Shown piece after piece: positions 20,801-28,983 of a stretch of DNA of 64,000 bases; position 1 is the stretch's first letter, and each line of letters begins with the position of its first letter. Under the pieces are notes generated by a model that saw only the letters and a program-made list of their open reading frames with translations, did not search any database and had not been told where the DNA came from. This DNA comes from Diplonema japonicum. Lineage: Eukaryota > Protista > Euglenozoa: Diplonemea. The stretch spans positions 496,001 through 560,000 of the forward strand of contig OZ025665.1 in assembly GCA_964019335.1 (NCBI GenBank). Reading direction: 5' to 3'. A program made the translations under genes and the position numbers.

Positions 20801-22531
20801 ACACCCTGTTTGAAGTTTCTGCATCTGCGCTGTGGTGAGAACCTTCCTCCAAATGGACAAGTCGTCCAGCATGACGTTGTTCGCAAGCTTCCCCCCAAGA
20901 GTGTCCGCCCCTGACAGCACCATCCCCCTCACAGGTGCCATGCTCGTCGTGAAGAAATCTTCAGGGAACCCATCAGATAACCCCACCTCGGTCCCCACTT
21001 CCTTCCCGTCCATGTACATCTTCATCTCCGTTGTTGTGTGTGTGAAGCAAAAGAAGTTCCACGTGTTCTCAGGGAAAGATGCCAGCTGGACCCCTCTGTA
21101 CAAGGCCCGCACCCCTGACCCGTGCCACAGGAGTTTTCCACTCACAAGTTCCACCCCATACCCGTAGCCTTCGTTCGCAGTGCTGGGAATATGGAAACCC
21201 ACACCGATCATAACGCCGTTCGCTTGGGGACCAGCGAAAGACGTACCTTTCCTCAAACGGGCACATATGGTCATCTCCCTTGTGGGGTAGTGCTCCCCTG
21301 ACCCGTAGCGATAGATCGAAGGGTACTGGATCTGCGCAGTGGTCCCACCCATGAACTCTACACAAGGGATCCTCCCTGTATCGCACTCACTGGTTCTAAT
21401 ATTCACGTTAGTGTTGATGTAGATAGGCTTGTTCGGGAGCATTCCATCGTTGTCTGTTTGGTAACCAATAGCAGAGGGTTCAAAGCCTGTGCTCCACACA
21501 AGGTCGCCCGCCGCCAGGGACAGGGCTGAGGTGCAGCTCCCGATAATAGTTTTGGAAGAGACCTTTGAACGCATACACACAACCTCATGCTTGTCGTTTT
21601 CCTCTCCTTCCCACCACCTCCCTGCAGGGAGCAAGGACGAGTATCGCCCCCTGTCGTGGTAGTTGTTGAGGGTGTTGCCCCAATGACTGCCTTCCTCGGG
21701 GAAACCGTCGCCAGCTGCCCACAGCCACGTTCGGTAACTGGTTGTCTTTGCGTTGGGAAGGATGCTGAGACCGGTGTGTACTCTGCTGAGAGTTACCGGT
21801 CCTAACAGTGACTTGACGGCGGCTGCCTGTGCGTCGCTCTTGATGGTGACAGGGTGTGCGTTGTAGGCATCGCAGATGTCATCTGCACACCTCCCGAGCA
21901 TCTGCTCGTTGAACAGCATCACCTCGCTGTCAGCGTCGAGCGATGACCAAGTGGCCGAGGAGAGAGGGCGCTCGCAGATGAAGGGCTTCGTCACATCAAA
22001 ATCTGCATATGTCCACTGCTGGGGAAAAGCTTTGTTGAGCATAACGCCCGTGTTGGAAGTTTTCCCGGAAGGGCTCGTAAAGAGGGTGAACGTCAAAGTG
22101 GGCACTTGCGCACAGGGGCAGGGGGTGGTCGTGCAAGATGACGTTGTTTTGCATTTCTGAGTGCCATCTATGGTGAAGTAGCCCAACCAGAACTCATCAT
22201 CCAGGATGGAGGTGAGCATCTCCTGCTCCTCCAGACTGGTGATGATCGCCAACGTGGCACCGTCGGAAACACAGAGCTTGTGAGCATCCCAATACTTCAT
22301 CTTCCCGGTGTGCACCTTGTACTCCTTGCCACCAACAGGCCAATACTTGCTGGATTGCGCAAGTCCTGCAACACACGGGCGACATGCCTTAGAAACCAAA
22401 GGATCTTCTATACACCCAGCTGCTGCACAGACAAGCGCATCCCCGACAACAGACCTGCACCGTGAAGCCATCCCCTCACAGTACCCTGCCAGCAGTAGTA
22501 TCGCCAACGTCCATGCCGTCCCATACGACAT
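17900..22531 (-). CDS. Surface protein paralog 1: signal peptide, two C-type lectin-like domains, LamG/pentraxin-like domain, Pro/Thr/Ala mucin stalk, about 7 TM helices
   Basis: Lectin: YWDAHKLC...LAIITSLEEQ...FWLG...FICE. LamG: WNFFCFTH...MYMDG...LDDLSIWRKVLTTAQM. Stalk of 19-aa repeats, then seven hydrophobic segments. Confidence 0.9.
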   Translation of the reverse strand: MSYGTAWTLAILLLAGYCEGMASRCRSVVGDALVCAAAGCIEDPLVSKACRPCVAGLAQSSKYWPVGGKEYKVHTGKMKYWDAHKLCVSDGATLAIITSLEEQEMLTSILDDEFWLGYFTIDGTQKCKTTSSCTTTPCPCAQVPTLTFTLFTSPSGKTSNTGVMLNKAFPQQWTYADFDVTKPFICERPLSSATWSSLDADSEVMLFNEQMLGRCADDICDAYNAHPVTIKSDAQAAAVKSLLGPVTLSRVHTGLSILPNAKTTSYRTWLWAAGDGFPEEGSHWGNTLNNYHDRGRYSSLLPAGRWWEGEENDKHEVVCMRSKVSSKTIIGSCTSALSLAAGDLVWSTGFEPSAIGYQTDNDGMLPNKPIYINTNVNIRTSECDTGRIPCVEFMGGTTAQIQYPSIYRYGSGEHYPTREMTICARLRKGTSFAGPQANGVMIGVGFHIPSTANEGYGYGVELVSGKLLWHGSGVRALYRGVQLASFPENTWNFFCFTHTTTEMKMYMDGKEVGTEVGLSDGFPEDFFTTSMAPVRGMVLSGADTLGGKLANNVMLDDLSIWRKVLTTAQMQKLQTGCDSTAVPTAVPTAEPTSAPDTNPPSTAAPPTAVPTSAPATDAPPTVAPPTAVPTSAPDTNPPSTAAPPTAVPTSAPATDAPATLAPSTASPTSAPATNPPSTAVPPTATPTSAPATDAPPTVAPPTAVPTSAPDTNPPSTAAPPTAVPTSAPATDAPATLAPPTTSPTSAPATNPPSTATPTAEPTLAPATDAPLTVAPPTAVPTSAPDTNPPSTASPPKAIPTSAPATDPPATAAPPTATPTSEPSSAPASDTPPTAFPTPAPDTNPPATAAPPTAIPTSAPATDAPPTSVPTSTPETSPPSTAAPPTATPTAVPTTTPATDPPATLAPPTAIPTVEPTSAPATAAPTNSPETAGPTLAPATAAPPTATPTADPTSAPATDPPTTRAPLTSTPTAVPTLVPSTDPPVTVSPLTAAPTPSPPTDASTLMPTASPSREPTVGPTTSVRTAAPTTEPPKTSVPKTSSPGTVLIEPQGQKDVRKKTAAANPAGGARLAVLMGFDCEVEDIDVGTEPLDWEYHPLGFGIGSSPQRYFLGAIVSNIGLIAAFLLLNYLLAVVLVMLGLKYDDAIFYVRAPGLVSIPMLWLLMGTSIAAANLTFFPDRAPKQHAVIGVVMLGVCAAFPVLLWMVILRPGRFQGTTIPDPKIDKHAACRVKELERSGEQTAFAEGGEEEGVVYTGWRRTVYILVYGREVWVRKEGGPDFFVEQYGLFFEQYREGFHWFSIVEILQIVLLSLCSVWKPYEAGACSVRNIFICIVLFLFFLAVILLRPHNSLLDKIFASCISGTMFFAVLFMTIAIGAGGSKTLMDAAATLLLVSALLMMVKGVYDIFLYLLDLWLGRRKTALVAARRGMLGEGETPLGSFGVRNDMTPKVALDMLDLVTDSTSSEANPNPLALSTVLSNTKPYRVLNSSTLRLPGRGAFGRGSPVVTPLLEGSGHDSNLSGSHSRFTPPSRRRYTRIVHVQEGRI
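19480..20795 (-). repeat. Coding minisatellite: 57-bp (19-aa) units with a 228-bp higher-order period
   Basis: APPTAVPTSAPATDAPPTV-type units. Near-identical blocks at 20343 and 20571 are 228 bp apart. Confidence 0.85.

Positions 22532-22533
<2 letters not shown>

Positions 22534-22594
<61 letters not shown>
22534..22594. repeat. (GT)n microsatellite, (CA)n on the sense strand, directly upstream of the paralog 1 ATG
   Basis: About 30 dinucleotide units ending ...CACACAG G ATG on the minus strand. Confidence 0.95.
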
Positions 22595-22596
<2 letters not shown>

Positions 22597-23831
22597 TGTG
22601 GTGTGGTGTGGCGTAAGGTGTATAAATGTATAAAAGAAAAAGAGTTAGACGAATTGGGAGATCGATAAAGTTTCAGTGTGCAGGGGGGAAGCAGCAACCA
22701 TGAAAAGCAGAAAAGAAAAGTGTGAAAATTAATTTTTCGGTGTGCGGGTGGGTGCTCACTGTAAAAAAAGAAGAAAAACATGTGTGCGTGTAGTAATTAG
22801 AAAAAGAGTTTAGCAAAAGAAAGGCTTTACGAGACACAAAAAAGGAGGGGGAGAGGGAGAGAGAGAAAGAGAGAGAGAGAGAGAGCGAGAGAGAAACAAA
22901 AAATAACATATATGATGTTAAAGGGGGTCTTTGTGAGACACCCCTTTGTTCTCACCCGCTACCTACATCCACTCCCTTTCAACAAGAAGAAGAAAGAGAA
23001 TAAAAAAATACATATAAAAGAGATAGAAAAGAGGCTAGTGTTTGTGGCGGCCCTGTTTAAAAAAAAAGGGGGGGGGGACGGGGAACAGATCATGAACCTG
23101 CCCTCAGAGGAACAAAGAAAAACGCCGTTTAACTGGGAGCAGAACCCCCGTGTTAAAACTTGAAAGAAAAGAGATTCGGCGGAAGAAAGGGACGAACGAG
23201 GTGACATTTTAAAATCCTGCAGCAGGTCATGAACCTGCCGCCTTCAGAGGCGAAAGAAGGCCATTAAAATGGAAGCAGGACCCCCTTTTAAAAAAAGCAA
23301 GAGGGGGAAAAAGAAAAAGAAAACAAAACAAAAAAGAAGCAGAAATGTGTCCGTTAAGAAAAAAAAAAGAGGGATGAGCAGAAACCTTCCCCCCTTCCTT
23401 TTTTTTTGTTCCCGACAAACCCGCTTCTTTCCTGTTGTTCCTCTTTTCTTATTCTATCCCCCCTCCCCCCTCCCCCTCCTCACTTCATTTGGTTTGCACA
23501 TTGTCACTCGTCACTTCATTACCAATTTCTTCCACTTCTCTTATTCTCAAAAAGAAAGAAGGAAGAAGAGATTAGATAAAGGAAGTTCCTGTTTTGGAAC
23601 GTCCCCCTGTCTCTATTTATCTTCCCCTTCTTTCTTTTTCGGCTGTGTTGCCCCTGTCTTGTTATCAAAAGAAAGAAGAAAGAAAAAAGAATTGACAGGG
23701 AGAAGAGGAAGGGAAGAAAAAAAATTTTTATTTTTATATAAGAGACAAAGGAGGCCAGTTAGTGGCGCTCTGCACAAGCTCTCCTTACAGGACACAAAAG
23801 AGAAAAAAAGAGAAAGAAACACAGTTTGTTT

Positions 23832-26231
23832 CTACTCCTCATAAAAGTCAACAGTTTTCTTAGCGGGAGGTTGTTCCGTGAGACGGCGGTACACAATGAA
23901 AGCCACAGTGGCGGCTATGGCACAGGCAACAATGCAGACGATAGGGATCACAACATAGAGGTAGTCCTTGTTGTTGCTGTCGCCCCCGTCGTTGGGTTTG
24001 CACACGCTGCTCGTTTTGTTGTGCGCTTGGCTGAGGGTGTACCCCTTTGTGCACGAGAGTGCCACGCACACCTCCTTGGTCAGGGCGATGGTCTCCTTCG
24101 CACCAGGGAGCTCGCACTCTGCATCGCCGACCTTGGCGACGTTCACAGTGAACTCCGTCCCCAGAAGAGCCGACAGCTCGGGCTGTTCGTTGAGCAAGCG
24201 TGTCATCTCCCTCTTCGGGTGTGCCGGCACGACCCCACCCGATACAGGGACCACGTAGACAACGGACCCGCATGCGTACGACGGGTGCACCTCCGCCACT
24301 TCCAAAAGCAACAGCTCCGCAAACAAGTCCTTCAGCATGTCCACAAGGATCGCGTCGGCAAAAAACGCACCGCAGTCTGCGTTGCCGAACACACCCTTAA
24401 TCACCGTGGTGCTTCCGGGGACCGGGACGAGCAACGTTGGTGCGGGAGGAGTGGGCGCCATGGCCGTCAACGCAAACACCCACAACCCCACATCGGCAAG
24501 GAAGGCAGCGTTGCCCTGTACGAAAACACCCTGGGGACCGCCTGTTGGGTACTCGCCCATGAGGGCCGGTGCAGACAGGTGACTCACGTCCACCAGTTGA
24601 AGACCAGACTGCTGCACCGCAAGGAAGGCAACTGTCCCTTCCACTTGCACGTCGAACACTCTTTCAGAGGTGGGGAAGGTCGCAAGGTGGCCCGTCGTGG
24701 CTGAGCTGATGTTTATGATCTCCATCCCCGCGTCCGTCCCTACAAAGGCGATCGTTCCCACCACATCCACCGCCCAGGAGCTCACGTTGGTCGAGTAGCT
24801 GCGGAGAAGGGCGGGTGCCGAAGGTGTCGACACGTCGATCACCGCAAGGCTGCCTTGGAAACTCGTGACGCAAGCAGTGTTCCCGGACACCTTCAGCCCC
24901 CTCGGCGCCCAGTGCTGCTGTCCGCAAGTGCTCTTTCCGAGAAGCTTGATCGCTGACGGCCTGCTCACGTCCAGCACGGTCAGGCACCCCAGAGACAGGT
25001 AGGCCGTCGTCCCCACCACCTGCACGTCCCACGCCCACGACCCCTCGTCGCTCGCTCCCAGGAGTGTTACCAACGAAGGCGTTGTCGCATCCAGAACGTA
25101 GAACCTACCGCCGCACAGGTACACCGTCGTCCCCACCGCGTACACCGCTTGTGCCCCATCCACAACGTAGCTTCCCACTAGAGCTTCAGCACCCTTGCTT
25201 ACGTTGTACACCAGAAGGCCTTTCACTTGATCCGCAACGTAAGCGATGTCCCCGACGGTGTGCACCTTCCGGGCGCCCGAAGCGGGTGCGAACACACCCA
25301 CCACCTTCAGCAACACAGGGTTGGCCACGTCCACCACCACAACGGACGAGGGGGTCGTCGTCCCGACGAGGGTAGCCCCTCCTGCAACGCGCACGAGCTT
25401 CGCATCCTCAATCATAACATTGCCCAGCAGCTTCGGGTCCGTCGCCTCGTCCACGTCGATACTCAGCAGCCCTTCGTCTTGTGCAACAACATACGCGATC
25501 TGGCCCGCCACTTGAATGTCGATGTTGTAGGCAGCGCTGGGGGTTCTGAAGCTCGCGATGCGGTGAGGGGCTGCAAGGCTGCTCACGTTGTACGTGTCAA
25601 CCCCTTGCATCGTCCCCACGTAGGCAAGACCGTTCGCCACCTCTACACAGTAAGCAACGCCACTGAACCGGGACAACAAGGCGGGTGCAGAAGGGGTGCT
25701 GAAGTCAATGACGAGGACGGTGGAGTAGACAGCAGAGAAGACGGTTGTTCCCTCCACTGTGATCATGCTAGGGTAGCCAGGATCGGTATAGGCCCCAAGC
25801 ACCGAGGGGCTGCTGGTGTCGCTCACGTCGACAGCGACCACACCCGAGTCTGTGCCCACACGTGCGACGTAGGCGACCGATCCGGAGACACGGACATACG
25901 ACCCGCTTGCTGCGGGCTCCCCCCCCAGGAGGACGGGCTTCGAGGGCGTGCTCACATCCAACACGAGCAAGCCTTCTTCGGTGTCGGCTACATAGGCGGT
26001 CGTCCCCGAGACGTCCACGGAGAGGGCGTTGCGTGTGGCGTACCACCCCAGAGGGGCGGGGTGAGCAGGGTTGCTTGTGTCGAGCACCTGCAGCCCCGTG
26101 GGTCCTGTCGCCACATAGGTGGTCGTCCCATCTACAGCCATGTCAAACATCCTGCTCATCATCCCGCTCCGCCACTCCAGCTTGGGGGACACCGCACCTA
26201 TAACCGCGTACATCATTAGCAGCGTTGTCAT
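23832..26231 (-). CDS. LVIVD-repeat (beta-propeller-like) type I membrane protein
   Basis: Repeated VxVSGxxAYVA...GLxVLDVSxPxxPxLLG units, a hydrophobic N-terminus and a C-terminal TM (LYVVIPIVCIVACAIAATVAFIVY). Confidence 0.9.
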   Translation of the reverse strand: MTTLLMMYAVIGAVSPKLEWRSGMMSRMFDMAVDGTTTYVATGPTGLQVLDTSNPAHPAPLGWYATRNALSVDVSGTTAYVADTEEGLLVLDVSTPSKPVLLGGEPAASGSYVRVSGSVAYVARVGTDSGVVAVDVSDTSSPSVLGAYTDPGYPSMITVEGTTVFSAVYSTVLVIDFSTPSAPALLSRFSGVAYCVEVANGLAYVGTMQGVDTYNVSSLAAPHRIASFRTPSAAYNIDIQVAGQIAYVVAQDEGLLSIDVDEATDPKLLGNVMIEDAKLVRVAGGATLVGTTTPSSVVVVDVANPVLLKVVGVFAPASGARKVHTVGDIAYVADQVKGLLVYNVSKGAEALVGSYVVDGAQAVYAVGTTVYLCGGRFYVLDATTPSLVTLLGASDEGSWAWDVQVVGTTAYLSLGCLTVLDVSRPSAIKLLGKSTCGQQHWAPRGLKVSGNTACVTSFQGSLAVIDVSTPSAPALLRSYSTNVSSWAVDVVGTIAFVGTDAGMEIINISSATTGHLATFPTSERVFDVQVEGTVAFLAVQQSGLQLVDVSHLSAPALMGEYPTGGPQGVFVQGNAAFLADVGLWVFALTAMAPTPPAPTLLVPVPGSTTVIKGVFGNADCGAFFADAILVDMLKDLFAELLLLEVAEVHPSYACGSVVYVVPVSGGVVPAHPKREMTRLLNEQPELSALLGTEFTVNVAKVGDAECELPGAKETIALTKEVCVALSCTKGYTLSQAHNKTSSVCKPNDGGDSNNKDYLYVVIPIVCIVACAIAATVAFIVYRRLTEQPPAKKTVDFYEE

Positions 26232-26364
26232 ACTTTTTTTTCCTCTCTTTTTTAAACCTGGAGATTTTTATAAGTGTTTAGGAGAAATGAAGAAAAGAAA
26301 CGCGATGTAAGGGCATAACCCACTGAGAGAGATAAAGAATGAGAGATGAGTAGGTTTCCAAGCA

Positions 26365-27114
26365 TCACCCACTGCTATGCAGGGCGAGAATACCGCCAAG
26401 GATATCTTGTGTTCTGCACAGCTGCTTGCAAGTCAACTGCAGCACCCCGTTCCTGATGGTGAAGCAGAGCCGTGCAGAGTTCCTTTTGAGAGAGGATGCG
26501 ATGGTAGTGTGGGTACGGAAGGGCCGTGCTGCACAGAAATGCTCAAGACCCCATTGTGTATGCTTGAAGAGAACGTGTTGCTCAGCAGGGCTGACTGGCA
26601 TGCTACTACAAGTTGTGCAGCAGATGCCCCCATTGTACAACCGATAGGCTCCGCCGCAAGGGCAGGACAACAGCCAGCCGCATGAGATGCACTCGAAATA
26701 AGCCAAGTATCCTTGACAGTGCCTACAGATCCCATATGTAGGGTTGAAATGTTTGCCCTCTAGTCTCGTTTTGCAGTATTCCTCAAGCCGCTTATTGAAC
26801 TCCGGTGGTATGTTCCACTCTGGAAGGTTGTAAAATTGCTCAAAGACAACCACCCACGGGTGAGCAATGGACCACGCAACACCTGTCGCCATCCCCATGT
26901 CGATCTTCCTCAATGTTTCGGTAGCTTGGAACCACATCAAGGTGTCGACAACAGCAACCATGTTTGTCACGTCCTTTTCCATAGACTGCTTTATGGAGTT
27001 CAATGTAACGTGCTCGGGAGCTTGCTTCGGGATGAAGAACTGCACCACCATTGCTATGAGATCTCCAGGAACGGCTTTCGCCGCCAGCACCCCTCGTAGC
27101 AGATAGAAGAGCAT
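26365..27114 (-). CDS. Hypothetical Cys-rich protein, distant relative of 745..1512 and 5128..5814
   Basis: VPGDLIAMVVQFF N-terminus; CRHC, CISC, CPC and CTTC motifs; C-terminal TIASSLKRNS...LQLTCKQL. Confidence 0.7.
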   Translation of the reverse strand: MLFYLLRGVLAAKAVPGDLIAMVVQFFIPKQAPEHVTLNSIKQSMEKDVTNMVAVVDTLMWFQATETLRKIDMGMATGVAWSIAHPWVVVFEQFYNLPEWNIPPEFNKRLEEYCKTRLEGKHFNPTYGICRHCQGYLAYFECISCGWLLSCPCGGAYRLYNGGICCTTCSSMPVSPAEQHVLFKHTQWGLEHFCAARPFRTHTTIASSLKRNSARLCFTIRNGVLQLTCKQLCRTQDILGGILALHSSG

Positions 27115-27216
27115 TTTGGTGGGAGAGGGGAAAAGTGTAAACTTTTATAGGATCATGTATCGGTGATCGCATGGAAACCTCTTTTTTTTTTTTTTTCGTT
27201 CAGAAATTCAAAAACT

Positions 27217-27478
27217 CTACATCTTCATTTTCAGGAAGTAATCTTTAGTAAAGGCTAGCGTGTCCTCAGGTTGGTGTATCAGGACAGCCTGGTAGGTAGT
27301 TGTGGTGTTTCTTTTTACATACCTGCATAAAATCATGTAAGAAATTCTTCAGTTCGGGGTTGTTGCTCAAATATTCCTTGTGTTCCATCTCAAGCTGCGT
27401 GCGACGCTCGTACAAAGCACACGAACTGTCATAAGACAGGTGGTTCTCCACCTCCGACCGAGGTACGAAGGACGCCAT
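27217..27478 (-). CDS. Small RIIa/Dpy-30-type dimerisation-docking domain protein (CATIP/RIIAD1-like), two exons: 27478-27323 and 27288-27217
   Basis: Removing the 34-nt GTATGT...CCAG intron gives EHKEYLSNNPELKNFLHDFMQAVLIHQPEDTLAFTKDYF, a complete D/D motif. Total 75 aa. Confidence 0.8.
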
Positions 27479-27617
27479 TATTTCCTTTTTTTTTTATTTA
27501 CCCCCTTCCTCCTCCCTTTCCTAAGGGCTCCCCCCCCCCATTTTTAAACCGTAACGACCCAAATGATTGCAACATACTAAAACATCAAAAGGGTGTGATC
27601 ACCCCCCCTCCCAGCAA

Positions 27618-28826
27618 CTAAACAATGGTGCCATTTAACATGTTTTGTAAAAGCTGTGACCAAGTGTCCATAGGTCCGGGGATGCAGTAGTGAAGGCAGT
27701 CTGAGGCCATTTTCGAGGTTTGGTTAAAGGTAGGGGTCGGTTTTTCTCCGTGTTTAATAATCCAATTGACAGGATGGGAGTGCCCGAGGTGTCCGTCCGG
27801 CCGCAGTGTGGTCATTGGTTCGATGTCAAGGATCTGCGCCCCGATACCCTTGAACAGCTTCTTTGCAACCTCATTTCTTTCGAACACCGCCTCCCATCTG
27901 AACGAGCTGTATTTCTGCGGGTAAGGGCGGGGAATCGGTTCGGTAAGAGGCCCCTCAGCGGACTCGCAATGAGGATGCCCAGGGTGCGTTGTTCTGAATA
28001 TTACGGTTCCCTTGAATTCTTTTTGAAGGTAATTTGTAGCCTGCGTCATGAATGCTGCATATTTCGAATCGGAAACGGGTATGTTCCGCCCCGATTTGGC
28101 TTCTTCAGGTTGAACCATCCATGCACCTGAGTTTACAACTGCGATGTCGAATTCCAAAACGTATTTCCACCATTTTCTGTTGACCCTGCGCATGGATGTC
28201 ATCGCAAGGAATTGGTTCGTGATGTGCCGCAGCATCAACGGCTTTTTGTAGTATTTTCCACAGATTGGATGTTTCGGACATTTCGACTTCCCACCGGCCG
28301 TGCCTTCAACCGCTGAGAAATCCTTCCTGATACCGAGTTCTTGTAGAATAGAAAAATGCCACAACTCGTTTATAGAATCCCCGATGAATATAATAGACCG
28401 ATTTTGTAGGCTTCTGCAAAACCGTTCCTCTGAAAAATCATCGATTCTGCAGGTAGAAGGCACCCATTTGTACAACGGGGCTTGCCTCTTGGTTCCGGTT
28501 GCCTTTGCATATCTCCCGCAGCACCCCGGGATTTTTCCTGATATACCGTCGTAAGATTGGTATTTTGCCTCCCGGCTTGGATCGTAGACCCATTTTCCTG
28601 TGGTGTATTCGCCTTCTGTCTCGCATCTTCTGTCGGCTGTCTGAGCTATCTCGAGTGGTTTCTTCGTTTCCTTCTCCACTGTCTTCTCCACCTTCCGTGT
28701 AATAATTGCCTTTTCCACAATAACATCGTTGACATGCTGTGACTCCTGTACCCGCTGCAGGCCCACACCTACCATTACGAACGCAAACAGCATCACGCCG
28801 ACAGCGGCTTCTCGTATTCGCTTCAT
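27618..28826 (-). CDS. Trichome-birefringence-like / PC-esterase (SGNH-like O-acetyltransferase), type II membrane protein
   Basis: Motifs GKWV, YKWVPSTC, FIGDS and DCLHYCIPGPMDTW. An N-terminal TM follows MKRIRE (ATG 28824-28826); the upstream ORF extension is probably not coding. Confidence 0.9.
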   Translation of the reverse strand: MKRIREAAVGVMLFAFVMVGVGLQRVQESQHVNDVIVEKAIITRKVEKTVEKETKKPLEIAQTADRRCETEGEYTTGKWVYDPSREAKYQSYDGISGKIPGCCGRYAKATGTKRQAPLYKWVPSTCRIDDFSEERFCRSLQNRSIIFIGDSINELWHFSILQELGIRKDFSAVEGTAGGKSKCPKHPICGKYYKKPLMLRHITNQFLAMTSMRRVNRKWWKYVLEFDIAVVNSGAWMVQPEEAKSGRNIPVSDSKYAAFMTQATNYLQKEFKGTVIFRTTHPGHPHCESAEGPLTEPIPRPYPQKYSSFRWEAVFERNEVAKKLFKGIGAQILDIEPMTTLRPDGHLGHSHPVNWIIKHGEKPTPTFNQTSKMASDCLHYCIPGPMDTWSQLLQNMLNGTIV

Positions 28827-28983
28827 TGTACCTTGTTTTTTTCCCGTCAGGACACCTCTCCTCCCCACCCGTCCTGTCCTCCTTTTTTTTTTTTTTTCTT
28901 GGTTTTTACTTTTGCCCTCAAAAGAATTTACAAGGGAAAAAAAAAAGAGGGGTGTTGCTGTAGGAAAGATAATAATAACGTGG

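Noticed and set aside
19473-20813. Long plus-strand Gly/Ala/Val ORFs (also 37571..39553, 43797..44498, 49737..50888)
   Set aside because: Antisense shadows of the Pro/Thr/Ala repeat coding sequence.
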